In this document: piece by piece, positions 1 to 9,805 of the stretch
Position numbering within the stretch: the first letter of the stretch is position 1
How the letters are laid out: each line of letters begins with the position of its first letter
Origin: Clostridia bacterium
GTDB lineage: Bacteria; Bacillota; Clostridia; Christensenellales; CAG-138
Length of the DNA stretch: 64,000 nt
Assembly (NCBI GenBank): GCA_017394835.1
Contig: JAFPXD010000007.1
Span: 171,591 to 235,590 of the forward strand
Reading direction: 5' to 3'
The notes under the pieces: model-generated
The model's database searches: none
Seen by the model: only the letters and a program-made list of their open reading frames with translations
What the model was told of the DNA's origin: nothing
Program-made: the position numbers and the translations under genes

Positions 1-564
1 GTGCTCGTCGATGGACGGGATGTGCGCTCCTACGATCCCAAGGAGTTGAGAAGGAAGATAGGCGTGGTCCCGCAGAAGGCGGCGCTCTTCAAGGGCACCA
101 TCCGCGAAAACCTGCTCTGGGGCTGCGAGACGGCTTGCGATGAGGAGCTCATGCGCGCCGTGCGCCTGGCTCAGGCGGAGGATATAGTCGAAAAGAAGGG
201 CGGCCTCGACGGGATCATAGAGCAGGGCGGCCGCAACCTTTCGGGCGGGCAGAAGCAGAGGCTCACGATCGCGCGCGCGCTCGTCGGGAGCCCCGAAATA
301 CTGATACTCGACGATTCCTCCTCCGCGCTCGATACCGTTACGGACGCCGCGCTCCGGCGCGCGCTCCAAAGCCTTGACAATGCGCCGACCGTGTTCATCG
401 TCTCTCAAAGGACGGGCTCCATCCGCCGCGCGGATATGATCGCGGTGCTTGAAGAAGGGCGCGTCGCGGGCATGGGCTCCCATGATGAGCTCCTTGAAAA
501 CTGCCCTGTTTATAAGGAAATTTACGATTCCCAGTACGCGGGCGGGGAGGTGAGCGCAGTATGA
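1..564 (+). CDS. ABC transporter ATP-binding/permease protein, C-terminal ATPase part (5' end cut by window edge)
   Basis: The ORF is open from base 1. It has the ABC signature LSGGQKQR and Walker B ILILDDSSSALD. Its stop overlaps the next start (ATGA at 561-564). Confidence 0.9.
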   Translation: MLVDGRDVRSYDPKELRRKIGVVPQKAALFKGTIRENLLWGCETACDEELMRAVRLAQAEDIVEKKGGLDGIIEQGGRNLSGGQKQRLTIARALVGSPEILILDDSSSALDTVTDAALRRALQSLDNAPTVFIVSQRTGSIRRADMIAVLEEGRVAGMGSHDELLENCPVYKEIYDSQYAGGEVSAV

Positions 565-2318
565 AGAAGGCGGAACTTCCAAGGGGCGCGGTAAAGCGTG
601 TGCTCGTTTATTTGAAGCCCTATCTCTGGCTCGTGCTCGTTTCGGTGCTGTTTTCCGCCGCCACGGTTGCGCTGACGCTCTATATCCCCGTGCTGATGGG
701 AAGGGCGATAGACCTCGTCGCGGGGGAAGGGAAGGTCGATCTTGCCGGTATGCTCCCCCTGCTTTTGAAGGCGGCCGCGGCAGCGGCTCTGGCGGCGGCG
801 GCGCAGTGGCTTTCCGGCAGCATAAACAACCGCGTCGCGTTCTCAGTGGTGCGGGATATCCGAGGGAAGGCCTTCCGCCATATCCAGGAGCTCCCGCTTT
901 CATATCTCGATCCCCACCCCACAGGCGATACCGTGAGCCGCGTGATCACCGACGTGGATACCTTCGCGGACGGCCTCCTGCTGGGCTTTTCACAGCTCTT
1001 CACGGGAGTCGTCACCATATTGGGCACGCTCATATTCATGCTCTCCATACGCCCTTCGATCGCGGCGATAGTCGCGGTGCTCACGCCCATGAGCCTCTTT
1101 GCCGCGAAATTCATCGCCTCGCGCAGCTATCGCTTTTTCAGGAGCAGGAGCGAGACCCGCGGCGAGCAGACGGCGTTCATAAACGAAACGATAAGCGGGC
1201 AGAAGGTCGTAAAGGCATTCGTGAGGGAGGAGGAGAGCCTCCGTTCGTTCGACGAGGTGAACGAGCGCCTTTCGGATGTGTCGCTCAAGGCGATATTCTA
1301 TTCCTCGCTCACAAATCCCTGCACGCGGTTCGTGAACAACCTCGTCTATGCCGCGGTTGCGCTCGCGGGGGCGTTCGCCTGCATAAGGACCGCGGGCGCG
1401 GCTGCTCCCTTCACTGTGGGCGCGCTCTCGGCTCTGCTCGTGTATGCAAATAAATACACAAAGCCCTTCAACGAGATAAGCGGCGTCATAACCGAGCTGC
1501 AGAACGCACTGGCCTGCGCCTCGCGGATATTCGAGCTCATAGACGAGCCCGCGGAAGCTTCCGACCGCGGCGGCCTCGTGCTTAAAAACGCCGAGGGGCG
1601 GGTGGATATTGAGGACGTTTCATTCTCCTACGTCAAGGATAAGCCGCTCATCGAGCATCTGTCCCTGCGCGTCAAGCCCGGCAGCCGCATCGCGATAGTC
1701 GGCCCCACGGGCTGCGGCAAAACGACCCTCATAAACCTGCTCATGCGCTTCTATGACGTCGATTCCGGCACTGTGAGAGCGGACGGAACGGATATAAGGG
1801 AGCTCACGCGGCACAGCCTCCGCGCACAGTATGGGATGGTGCTGCAGGAAACGTGGCTCCGGGCGGGCGCCATCCGCGAAAACCTCAAAATGGGCAAGCC
1901 GGACGCTTCCGATGAGGAGATGATCGCTGCCGCGAAGGCCGCCCACGCGCACTCGTTCATAATGCGCATGAAGGATGGGTACGATACCGTGATAGGCGAG
2001 GACGGCGGCTCGCTTTCGCAGGGGCAGAAGCAGCTCCTCTGCATAGCGAGGATAATGCTCATAGATCCCCCCATGCTGATACTGGATGAGGCGACCTCAT
2101 CAATAGATACCCGCACCGAGCTCAAGGTGCAGAACGCGTTCACGCGGATGCTCGCGGGGCGTACGGCGTTCATAGTCGCGCACAGGCTGAGCACCGTGCG
2201 CGAGGCCGACCGCATACTCGTCATGCGCGACGGCTCCATAGTGGAGCAGGGCACGCATGAGGAGCTTCTGGCAAAGGGCGGCTTCTATGCCGAGCTGCAT
2301 AAAAGCAGGTTCGCGTAA
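561..2318 (+). CDS. ABC transporter permease/ATP-binding fusion protein (multidrug-exporter type, partner of upstream gene)
   Basis: 585 aa with a hydrophobic N-terminal half. It has Walker A GPTGCGKTT, signature LSQGQKQL and Walker B MLILDEATSSID. It is translationally coupled to the upstream ABC gene. Confidence 0.9.
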   Translation: MKKAELPRGAVKRVLVYLKPYLWLVLVSVLFSAATVALTLYIPVLMGRAIDLVAGEGKVDLAGMLPLLLKAAAAAALAAAAQWLSGSINNRVAFSVVRDIRGKAFRHIQELPLSYLDPHPTGDTVSRVITDVDTFADGLLLGFSQLFTGVVTILGTLIFMLSIRPSIAAIVAVLTPMSLFAAKFIASRSYRFFRSRSETRGEQTAFINETISGQKVVKAFVREEESLRSFDEVNERLSDVSLKAIFYSSLTNPCTRFVNNLVYAAVALAGAFACIRTAGAAAPFTVGALSALLVYANKYTKPFNEISGVITELQNALACASRIFELIDEPAEASDRGGLVLKNAEGRVDIEDVSFSYVKDKPLIEHLSLRVKPGSRIAIVGPTGCGKTTLINLLMRFYDVDSGTVRADGTDIRELTRHSLRAQYGMVLQETWLRAGAIRENLKMGKPDASDEEMIAAAKAAHAHSFIMRMKDGYDTVIGEDGGSLSQGQKQLLCIARIMLIDPPMLILDEATSSIDTRTELKVQNAFTRMLAGRTAFIVAHRLSTVREADRILVMRDGSIVEQGTHEELLAKGGFYAELHKSRFA

Positions 2319-2385
2319 AACGGCGCCCGCGTGCCGCTTTACGCGCCCGGGAATGAGGGAGCAAGGAGCGAAAGAGTGCTATTTT

Positions 2386-3138
2386 TCAGCTCACCGTATC
2401 GAAAAAATCGAAGAACACGGGTATGCGCTTTTCCCAATAGGCCTCCGAATGCTCCGCGCCGCGCTCCATGCGGGCTTCAACGCAGGCTCCGCTTTGGGAT
2501 AAACGCTTTGCGGTGTTGAAAAGGGCGCGAATATCCTTTGCGTCCGCTTCCGCGGTCCCCATGTCGATATAGATCGCGGTGGGGTCCCGAAGCTCGTGAG
2601 ACGTGATGAGCTCGCGCATCCCGCTCGGGTTCACCCAAAGGCTGGGGGAGAGCGCGGCGGCGCGGGAATAGACCGCGTTGTATTCGACGGCGGCATAGAG
2701 CGCCATTATCCCGCCGAAGGAGCTGCCCGCTATCGCGGTGTGCTCCCTTTCGGGCAGGGTGCGGTATTCGGAGTCGATCGCGGGCTTGAGCGTGCCCGTG
2801 AACCATTCCATAGTGAGCCGCCCGAGCCCCTCCATGGAGCCGAGCTTCGTCGCCTTGAAATCCCATGGGGCGTATTCGTTCAGACGGCGCACCCCCTCGT
2901 GAGCGCATTCGACGGCGGCGACTATCACCTTCCGCTTCGAGCGCACAAGGTATTCCTTCATACCCCAGCTCTTGCCGTAGGTGGCGTGGGAATCGAAAAA
3001 CACGTTGTGCCCGTCGAACATATAGAGCACGGGATAGCGCTCGCCGCTTTTTTCGTATCCCTTGGGGAGATAAACGTAAAGCCTCCGCGGGCGCTCCGTG
3101 GGAAGCTCGGGTATTTTGACTTCGCTGATCCTTATCAT
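2386..3138 (-). CDS. Esterase-family alpha/beta hydrolase
   Basis: The ORF track gives 2386..3177. I prefer the Met at 3138 (MIRISEV) because AGGAG lies about 8 nt upstream. YLPKGY..YPVLYMFDGHNVF and the nucleophile elbow GSSFGG are typical of the putative-esterase family. Confidence 0.75.
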   Translation of the reverse strand: MIRISEVKIPELPTERPRRLYVYLPKGYEKSGERYPVLYMFDGHNVFFDSHATYGKSWGMKEYLVRSKRKVIVAAVECAHEGVRRLNEYAPWDFKATKLGSMEGLGRLTMEWFTGTLKPAIDSEYRTLPEREHTAIAGSSFGGIMALYAAVEYNAVYSRAAALSPSLWVNPSGMRELITSHELRDPTAIYIDMGTAEADAKDIRALFNTAKRLSQSGACVEARMERGAEHSEAYWEKRIPVFFDFFDTVS

Positions 3139-3302
3139 GGGCGGTCTCCTTTCTTTTTCAATGAAATGATAGCACATTTCGCGCCCGCAGGCAACGGCTT
3201 GAGCGGGCTCCGTATTGACATCCGCCGCATAAATTTATATACTGTTGCCAAACACATGTGAATCCCGCGGGCTTGGATCGCCGCGGGGATACAGGAGGCT
3301 CA

Positions 3303-4355
3303 ATGATCTTTTTCAGTTCCGATTACAGCCAGGGGGCGCACCCCGAGGTGCTTGCGGCGCTTGCGCGCACCAATCTTGAACATACGGACGGCTACGGGCT
3401 CGATCCGCACTGCGAAAACGCGGCGGATACAGTGCGCTCGCTCATAGGCGACGATACCGCGTCGGTGCATTTCATGGTGGGCGGCACGCCCTGCAACGTG
3501 ACCTTCGCGGCGGCGGTATTGAAGCCGTTTCAGTCGGTGATAGCCGCGCACACGGGGCATATCTATTTCCACGAAACAGGCGCTCTCGAAGGGACGGGGC
3601 ACCGCATAGTGACCGTCGAAGCCCCGGAAGGCAAGCTCACGCCGGAGCTTATAGAGCTTGCGCTTGAAGAGTATCAGGATGAGCATACCCCGAAGCCGGG
3701 CCTCGTCTATATCTCCCAGCCCACGGAGCTCGGCACTCTCTACAAGAAGGCGGAGCTTGAAGCAATATCCCGAAAATGCCGCGAACACGGGCTCATATTC
3801 TATATCGACGGGGCGCGCCTCGGCGCGGCGCTGACCTGCCGCGAAAACGACGCCTCCATCCGCGATATTGCCGCCCTCTGCGATGCTTTCTATATAGGCG
3901 GCACCAAAAACGGCGCGCTTTTCGGCGAGGCGCTCGTTATAAAAAACACGATAGACGATGGCTCCTTCCGCCACATGATAAAGCGCCAGTGCGGGCTTTT
4001 GGCAAAGGGGCGGCTTTTGGGCGTTCAGTTCGAAGCGCTTCTCGACGGCGGGGAGGAGAGCCTGCTTTACCGCATAGGCAGGCATGAAAACGAGATGGCG
4101 GAGCTCCTGCGCGAAGGGCTCGAAAAGCTCGGAGTCGGGTTTATCGGCAATTCCCGCACAAATCAGCTATTCCCCATACTGCCCGCGGAGGCGGTGCGGG
4201 AATTGAAGCGGGATTTCTTCTTCTACGAATGGAGGCGCGAAAAGGATGGCATGATCCCGATCCGGCTCGTCACCTCATGGGGGACCCAAAGGAGCGACGT
4301 TGAGGAGTTTTTGTTGAGGCTCGGGGAGCTCCTTAGAGCATGCCCCGAAGCATGA
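3303..4355 (+). CDS. Threonine aldolase / beta-eliminating-lyase family PLP-dependent enzyme
   Basis: The start is moved to ATG 3303, preceded by AGGAGG. The N-terminus FSSDYSQGAHPEVLAAL..DGYGLD, YIDGARLG and the candidate PLP-lysine block GGTKNG match the aldolase family as I recall it. Confidence 0.65.
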   Translation: MIFFSSDYSQGAHPEVLAALARTNLEHTDGYGLDPHCENAADTVRSLIGDDTASVHFMVGGTPCNVTFAAAVLKPFQSVIAAHTGHIYFHETGALEGTGHRIVTVEAPEGKLTPELIELALEEYQDEHTPKPGLVYISQPTELGTLYKKAELEAISRKCREHGLIFYIDGARLGAALTCRENDASIRDIAALCDAFYIGGTKNGALFGEALVIKNTIDDGSFRHMIKRQCGLLAKGRLLGVQFEALLDGGEESLLYRIGRHENEMAELLREGLEKLGVGFIGNSRTNQLFPILPAEAVRELKRDFFFYEWRREKDGMIPIRLVTSWGTQRSDVEEFLLRLGELLRACPEA

Positions 4356-4373
4356 TATTGCAGAGAGAACAGG

Positions 4374-5132
4374 ATGGAAAAGTATTTTAATGTCAATTCA
4401 AACGGATGCAGCATAAGCTGCAAGCTCTATGCGGACGATCCCGCCCATATCGGGAAGGTTGTGCTGTTCGGTCACGGCTTCAGCGGCAGCAGGGATAATA
4501 AATCGGCCGAAAAGCTCGCAAAGCGCCTCATTTCAAAGAACAAGGGGACGGCGCTCGTCATTTTCAACTGGCCCTGCCATGGGGATGACGTTCGCAAGAC
4601 GCTCCGCCTTGAAGACTGCGAGACCTATCTTGAAGAGATGCTTGCCTACGTAAACGCCGCGTTCCCCGGGGCGGAGCTTTACGGCTCCGCGACGAGCTTC
4701 GGCGGGTATCTTTTCCTGAAGCATATCTCGGAGCACGGCAGCCCCTTCAAAAAGCTCGCGCTCCGCTGCCCCGCCGTCGATATGTACGGCGTTATCACCG
4801 GGACCGTAATGACGGAGGAAGACAGGCGCAGGCTCGAAAAGGGCAAGCCCGTGCAGATCGGCTTCGACAGCAAGATAAGGATAGACAAGCCCTTCGTCGA
4901 AAGCCTTAAGGAAGCGGATATAACGGGAAGGGACTTCCTCGATCATGCGGAGGATATACTCATAGTCCACGGCACCGAGGATGAGGTAGTGCCCTTCGAT
5001 AAGGTGCGCGATTTTGCGGAAAACAATCTGATAGAGCTCGAAGCAGTAGAAGGGGCGGATCATAAATTCAGGGATCCCCTCAAAATGGACCGCGTATTGA
5101 AGGCTTTCGCGGCCTTCTTCGGGATGAAGTAA
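4374..5132 (+). CDS. Alpha/beta hydrolase (prolyl-oligopeptidase/dienelactone-hydrolase-like)
   Basis: 252 aa. It has an oxyanion-type HGFSGS, a nucleophile-elbow-like ATSFGG and a C-terminal HGTEDEVVP..ADH block typical of the catalytic Asp/His region. Confidence 0.6.
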   Translation: MEKYFNVNSNGCSISCKLYADDPAHIGKVVLFGHGFSGSRDNKSAEKLAKRLISKNKGTALVIFNWPCHGDDVRKTLRLEDCETYLEEMLAYVNAAFPGAELYGSATSFGGYLFLKHISEHGSPFKKLALRCPAVDMYGVITGTVMTEEDRRRLEKGKPVQIGFDSKIRIDKPFVESLKEADITGRDFLDHAEDILIVHGTEDEVVPFDKVRDFAENNLIELEAVEGADHKFRDPLKMDRVLKAFAAFFGMK

Positions 5133-5268
5133 AGCGGGGCGCAGGCCCGATAAAACGGCTTTCGGCGCCATGCCGCAAAACCGGTTGACGGAGCCCCCGC
5201 CAATGCTGTATTATTGTTGTGAAAAAGACCGCGGCCGAGGATCGGCCGCAGAACGAACGGAGGTCAAA

Positions 5269-8091
5269 ATGGGCAAGAGCATTGATGAATGGAAGATGGG
5301 CGATCCCATGATAAACGAGGGGGATTACTGGCAGGATCCCGATTACGTTCCCGCGGATCCCGAAAAGGCGGAGCTTGTGAAGAAGCTTGCCGAAATGATA
5401 ACCGACCGCGTAAAGAAAAAGCTTTTCCACAAGATCAATCACCGCGATCCCGAATACTGGATACTTGACATGATCCTCAACAAGGAGCAGGTCAAATTCC
5501 TCCTGAATTTCAAAAAGACGAGGGTGCCCTATTCCGTGCCCGAGCTTGCCGAAATGAACGGCATGAGCATTGAGGATACGCAGAAGATGATAGAGCGCCT
5601 GCGCTGGATAGGCGTCATCGAGCAGAACCGCGCCAAAACCCCCGATAAGCACCTGCAGTACGAGCTTCCCATATTCGTTCCCGGCAGCGCGGAGTTCATG
5701 ATGATGCAGGACAGGCTGACGGATGAATTCCCCCAGCTCGCGACCTTCTTCAACCTCATGACCCAGATACCTCTCGCGGGGCTCACACAGCTCGTTCCCC
5801 CCGGCGGCGCGGGCATAGGCATGCACGTTATCCCCGTCGAAAAGGCGATAAAGGCCGAAAGCCGCAGCGTGCCCGTGGAGCATCTTTCGAGATGGATAGA
5901 TATGTACGATAAATTCGGCATATCCGAATGCTCCTGCCGCAAGCAGCAGGCCATGCGCGGCGAGGGCTCCGGCGAGATCTGCGGCAATTACTGCATCGGC
6001 GTGGGCGATATGGCCGAGTATATGGACGACCGCGGCATAGGCCACTACGTTTCAAAGGAGGAGGTCTATGAGATTCTGGAGCGCGCGGAGCGTCACGGCT
6101 ACGTCCATCAGATAACCAATATAGACGGCGAGGATAAGATAGTTGCCATCTGCAACTGCGCTCCCGGCGTGTGCAACGCGATCCGCACCTCGCAGCTCTT
6201 CAACACCCCCAATATGTCCGCCTCCGCCTACCGCGCGCACGTCGAAAAGGAAAAGTGCGTCGCCTGCGGCAAGTGCGTGGAGGTATGCCCCGTGGGCGCG
6301 GCAAAGCTGGGTCAGAAGCTCTGCCGTAAGGACGGCAGCGAGGTGAAGTACCCCAAAACGCAGCTCCCCAACGGCCGCAAATGGGGCCCCGATAAATGGA
6401 ATTACAATTACCGTGACGACGCGAAGATCAACTGCTACGATACGGGCACCGCTCCCTGCAAGACCGCCTGCCCCGTGCACCTCTCCGTTCAGGGCTATAT
6501 AAAGATGGCAGCCGAGGGCAGGTACGACGAGGCGCTTCGGCTCATCAAGCAGGATAACCCCCTGCCCATGATCTGCGGCGCGATCTGCAACCGCCGCTGC
6601 GAGGAAGCCTGCACGAGGGGCACCGTCGATCAGCCCCTTGCGATAGACGAGATAAAGAAGTTCATCGCCTCGCTCGATCTGAACAGTGAGAAGCGCTATA
6701 TCCCCCTCTGCGAAAAGCACGACGGAGGCATGTGGGGCGATGAATTCAAGGTGGCCGTCATCGGCTCCGGCCCCGCGGGCCTTTCCGCCGCATACTTTTT
6801 AAGGCGCGACGGCTACCCCGTGACCGTATTCGAAAAGGAAGAACGCGCGGGCGGCATGCTGGAGCACGGCATCCCCTCATACCGTCTTGAAAAGGACGTA
6901 ATGGCCGCCGAGATAGACGTTATCCGCGAAATGGGCGTCGAATTCGAATTCGGCGTAGAGGTCGGAAAGGACGTGACCATCGAAGAGCTCCGCCGCCGGG
7001 GCTATAAGGCGTTCTTCATTGCGATAGGCATGCAGGGCGGCAGGCTTGCGGGCGTTCCCGGCGAGGACGCCGAGGGCGTTGAAACGGGAGTCGATTTCCT
7101 CCGCCGCATCAATAAGGATCATTCCGTTAAGCTCGGTGGCAAAACCATAGTCGTAGGCGGCGGAAACGTCGCGATAGACGTCGCGGGCAGCGCTCTCAGA
7201 GCGGGCTCCGAGACCGTCACGATGTACTGCCTTGAGCAGTTTGACGAGATGCCCGCCTCAAAGGATGAGGTCGAAGAGGCCCTTGAGGACGGCGTAAAGC
7301 TCGAAAACGGCTGGGGCCCCAAGGAGGTCGTAAAGGAAAACGGCCGCGTCAAGGCTGTCGTGTTCAAAAAATGCACCCGCGTTTATGATGAAAATCATCG
7401 CTTCGCCCCGCAGTATGACGAAAACGATACCGTCATCGTCCCCTGCGATAACCTCCTGCTTTCGATAGGCCAGAGCGCGGTATGGGGCGAGCTTTTGAAG
7501 GGCACGAAGGTCGAATTGAAGCCCAACGGCACCGTCGTAGCCGATCCCGTAACACGCCAGACCGCCGAGCCCGATATTTTCGTGGGCGGCGACGTGTTCA
7601 CCGGCGCGCGCTTTGCGATAGACGCGATAGCGGGCGGCCGCGAAGGCGCGGTCTCTATAAACCGCTTCGTGCATCCCGGCAACAGCCTGACTATCGCGAG
7701 GGACAGACGCGAATTCATAGAACTCGATAAGGATGACATCGCCGATCCCTCCGGGATGGAGAGCTTCGACAATGCCTCCCGCCAGATCCCCGGCAGGAAG
7801 GCGGGAAGGGCGAGCGCGACCTTCGAGGATCTTCGCCTCACCTTCACCGAGGAGCAGGTCAAAAAGGAGGCCAAGCGCTGCCTCGGCTGCGGCGCTACGA
7901 CCGTCGATGTGAACCGCTGCATAGGCTGCGGCCTCTGCACGACCAAGTGCGAGTTCGACGCGATACATCTGACCCGCGACGTTCCCGCCGCGAGCAATAT
8001 GTACAGGTCCGAGGATAAGGTAAAGGCGCTCCTGCCCTATATGGCAAAGCGCGCTATAAAGATAGTGCTCAAAAAAACGGAAGATGAATAA
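5269..8091 (+). CDS. Multidomain Fe-S / FAD-dependent oxidoreductase (GltD-like NAD(P)H-flavin core, two ferredoxin-type domains, uncharacterised Cys-rich N-terminal 340 aa)
   Basis: GGAGG precedes ATG 5269 (the track ORF starts at 5170). Ferredoxin motifs are CVACGKCVEVCPVGA and RCIGCGLCTTKCEFDA. The GltD-type N-terminal Fe-S segment is CKTACPVH..ICGAICNRRCEEACTRG. Rossmann motifs are VAVIGSGPAGLSAAYFL..VTVFEKEERAGG and IVVGGGNVAID. Confidence 0.75.
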   Translation: MGKSIDEWKMGDPMINEGDYWQDPDYVPADPEKAELVKKLAEMITDRVKKKLFHKINHRDPEYWILDMILNKEQVKFLLNFKKTRVPYSVPELAEMNGMSIEDTQKMIERLRWIGVIEQNRAKTPDKHLQYELPIFVPGSAEFMMMQDRLTDEFPQLATFFNLMTQIPLAGLTQLVPPGGAGIGMHVIPVEKAIKAESRSVPVEHLSRWIDMYDKFGISECSCRKQQAMRGEGSGEICGNYCIGVGDMAEYMDDRGIGHYVSKEEVYEILERAERHGYVHQITNIDGEDKIVAICNCAPGVCNAIRTSQLFNTPNMSASAYRAHVEKEKCVACGKCVEVCPVGAAKLGQKLCRKDGSEVKYPKTQLPNGRKWGPDKWNYNYRDDAKINCYDTGTAPCKTACPVHLSVQGYIKMAAEGRYDEALRLIKQDNPLPMICGAICNRRCEEACTRGTVDQPLAIDEIKKFIASLDLNSEKRYIPLCEKHDGGMWGDEFKVAVIGSGPAGLSAAYFLRRDGYPVTVFEKEERAGGMLEHGIPSYRLEKDVMAAEIDVIREMGVEFEFGVEVGKDVTIEELRRRGYKAFFIAIGMQGGRLAGVPGEDAEGVETGVDFLRRINKDHSVKLGGKTIVVGGGNVAIDVAGSALRAGSETVTMYCLEQFDEMPASKDEVEEALEDGVKLENGWGPKEVVKENGRVKAVVFKKCTRVYDENHRFAPQYDENDTVIVPCDNLLLSIGQSAVWGELLKGTKVELKPNGTVVADPVTRQTAEPDIFVGGDVFTGARFAIDAIAGGREGAVSINRFVHPGNSLTIARDRREFIELDKDDIADPSGMESFDNASRQIPGRKAGRASATFEDLRLTFTEEQVKKEAKRCLGCGATTVDVNRCIGCGLCTTKCEFDAIHLTRDVPAASNMYRSEDKVKALLPYMAKRAIKIVLKKTEDE

Positions 8092-8782
8092 AGCATTCGA
8101 TACGATAGGCGTAAAGGCGGGCATAGAGGCCGAAAACGGCGTCTATGCCGCTTTGGTGCGCGAGCTCATAAACAATGAGGGAGCTTTCCTCATAAACCTC
8201 ATGGCCTCCCCCGGCGCGGGAAAAACGAGCGTCCTCTGCCGCGCGATAGACGCGCTGAAGGGGCGCTTTTCATTCGGCGTTATGGAGGCGGATATGGATG
8301 CGGACGTGGACGCGCGCACCGTCGCGGAGCACGGCGCGAAGGTGATCCAGCTCCACACGGGCGCCTCCTGCCACATGGATGCGAAGATGACCCTTGAAGG
8401 GCTGCGGGCTTTGGGCAGCCCCCTTCCCGAGGTGATAGTGCTCGAAAACGTGGGCAATCTCGTCTGCCCCGCCGAATTCGACGTGGGCGCGGATATGCGC
8501 CTTATGATATTGAGCGTGCCGGAGGGCGACGATAAGCCCCTGAAATACCCGCTCATGTTCACGGTCTCCGATTGGATGCTCGTCAACAAGATCGACACGG
8601 CGCCCATATTCGATTTCGATATGGAGCGGTGCGAAAACAACGTGCGCGCGCTCAATCCCGGGATGCGGATATTCCCCGTTTCGGCAAGGACGGGGGAGGG
8701 TATGGCGGAATTTGCCGGCCGCCTTGCGGAGGCGATCTCCTCCGCCATTGCGAAAAAGAGGGGGGCGAATGAGGAATTATGA
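8084..8782 (+). CDS. hypB: HypB-type nickel-incorporation GTPase, paralogue 1
   Basis: It has the P-loop ASPGAGKTS, the metal-site CHMDA, ENVGNLVCPAEFD, EGDDKPLKYP and the NKxD motif LVNKID. The start overlaps the upstream stop by 8 nt. Confidence 0.8.
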   Translation: MNKAFDTIGVKAGIEAENGVYAALVRELINNEGAFLINLMASPGAGKTSVLCRAIDALKGRFSFGVMEADMDADVDARTVAEHGAKVIQLHTGASCHMDAKMTLEGLRALGSPLPEVIVLENVGNLVCPAEFDVGADMRLMILSVPEGDDKPLKYPLMFTVSDWMLVNKIDTAPIFDFDMERCENNVRALNPGMRIFPVSARTGEGMAEFAGRLAEAISSAIAKKRGANEEL

Positions 8783-9441
8783 AGGTGATCGAGCTCAAAA
8801 TGACCGTTACCGATTCCAACGACCGCGACGCGGAGGCGCTCCGCAGGGAGCTTTCCGAGCGCGGGATATTCCTCGTGAACCTCATGAGCGCGCCGGGCAG
8901 CGGAAAGACGACCCTCCTTGCCCGCACTGTAAAGGATCTTGCGGGCACGGTAAGTATAGGCGTGCTTGAGGCGGATATCGCTTCCGATGTTGACGCCGTC
9001 CGCATGGCGGAGCTGGGCGCGGAAAGCGTTCAGGTGCATACCGACGGCATGTGCCACATGGATGCGGGCATGACCCGCGCGGGGCTCGAAGGCATGGAAG
9101 GCGCAGGCTTCGAAATAGCGTTCCTCGAAAACGTGGGCAATCTCATCTGCCCCGCCGAATTCGATACGGGCGCGCACAGGAACGTGATGCTCCTGAGCCT
9201 GCCGGAAGGCGACGACAAGCCCTTGAAATACCCCTTGATGTTTCAAAGGAGCGACGCGCTCGTCATCACCAAAATGGACGCCGCGCCGTATTTCGATTTC
9301 GATCTCGAAGCGGTGAAGCGGAGAGCCTCGGCGCTCAATCCGAATATCCGCATATTCCCCGTCTCCGCGAAAACGGGCGAGGGCATGGCGGAATGGGAGG
9401 CGTGGCTCCTTTCCGAAAGGGAGAATGACCGCAATGCATGA
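8779..9441 (+). CDS. hypB: HypB-type nickel-incorporation GTPase, paralogue 2
   Basis: It has the P-loop SAPGSGKTT, CHMDA, ENVGNLICPAEFD and EGDDKPLKYP, with TKMD in place of NKxD. It is colinear with paralogue 1 and joined to it by an ATGA overlap. Confidence 0.8.
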   Translation: MKVIELKMTVTDSNDRDAEALRRELSERGIFLVNLMSAPGSGKTTLLARTVKDLAGTVSIGVLEADIASDVDAVRMAELGAESVQVHTDGMCHMDAGMTRAGLEGMEGAGFEIAFLENVGNLICPAEFDTGAHRNVMLLSLPEGDDKPLKYPLMFQRSDALVITKMDAAPYFDFDLEAVKRRASALNPNIRIFPVSAKTGEGMAEWEAWLLSERENDRNA

Positions 9442-9805
9442 GCTCGGCATAGTCAAACACGTGATAAAGACCCTGCGCGAGGTCGCGGAGGAAAACAGCG
9501 TCACCCGCATAGGCTCCGTGACGCTCGAAGTCGGCGAGGTCTCGGGCGTTATCACGGAACAGCTCGTCGATTGCTGGAACTATTTTCGCGAAAGGGATGA
9601 GCTCGTAAGAGGCGCGCCCCTCTATATAGAGACCCTCGAGGCGGTCACGTTCTGCACCGCCTGCGAAAAGACCTACCGCACCGTCGATCACGGCAGAATC
9701 TGCCCCTTCTGCGGCAGCGGGGAGACCTATCTTCTCCGCGGGAACGAGTTTTGCATAAAGCAGATAGAGGCGGAGACGGCGCAGGAGCCCGCCCGTGAGG
9801 AATGA
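9425..9805 (+). CDS. hypA: HypA-type nickel metallochaperone
   Basis: The MHELGIV N-terminus carries the Ni-site MHE; the real start may be ATG 9434. The zinc site is CTACEKT..CPFCGS (CxxC..CxxC). It overlaps the end of hypB2. Confidence 0.8.
   Translation: MTAMHELGIVKHVIKTLREVAEENSVTRIGSVTLEVGEVSGVITEQLVDCWNYFRERDELVRGAPLYIETLEAVTFCTACEKTYRTVDHGRICPFCGSGETYLLRGNEFCIKQIEAETAQEPAREE

Noticed and set aside
8084-9441. The two GTPase genes as CooC, UreG or MeaB-type paralogues instead of HypB
   Set aside because: Both carry the HypB-specific CHMDA and ENVGNL(V/I)CPAEFD..EGDDKPLKYP blocks and are followed by hypA. The true client enzyme remains unknown.
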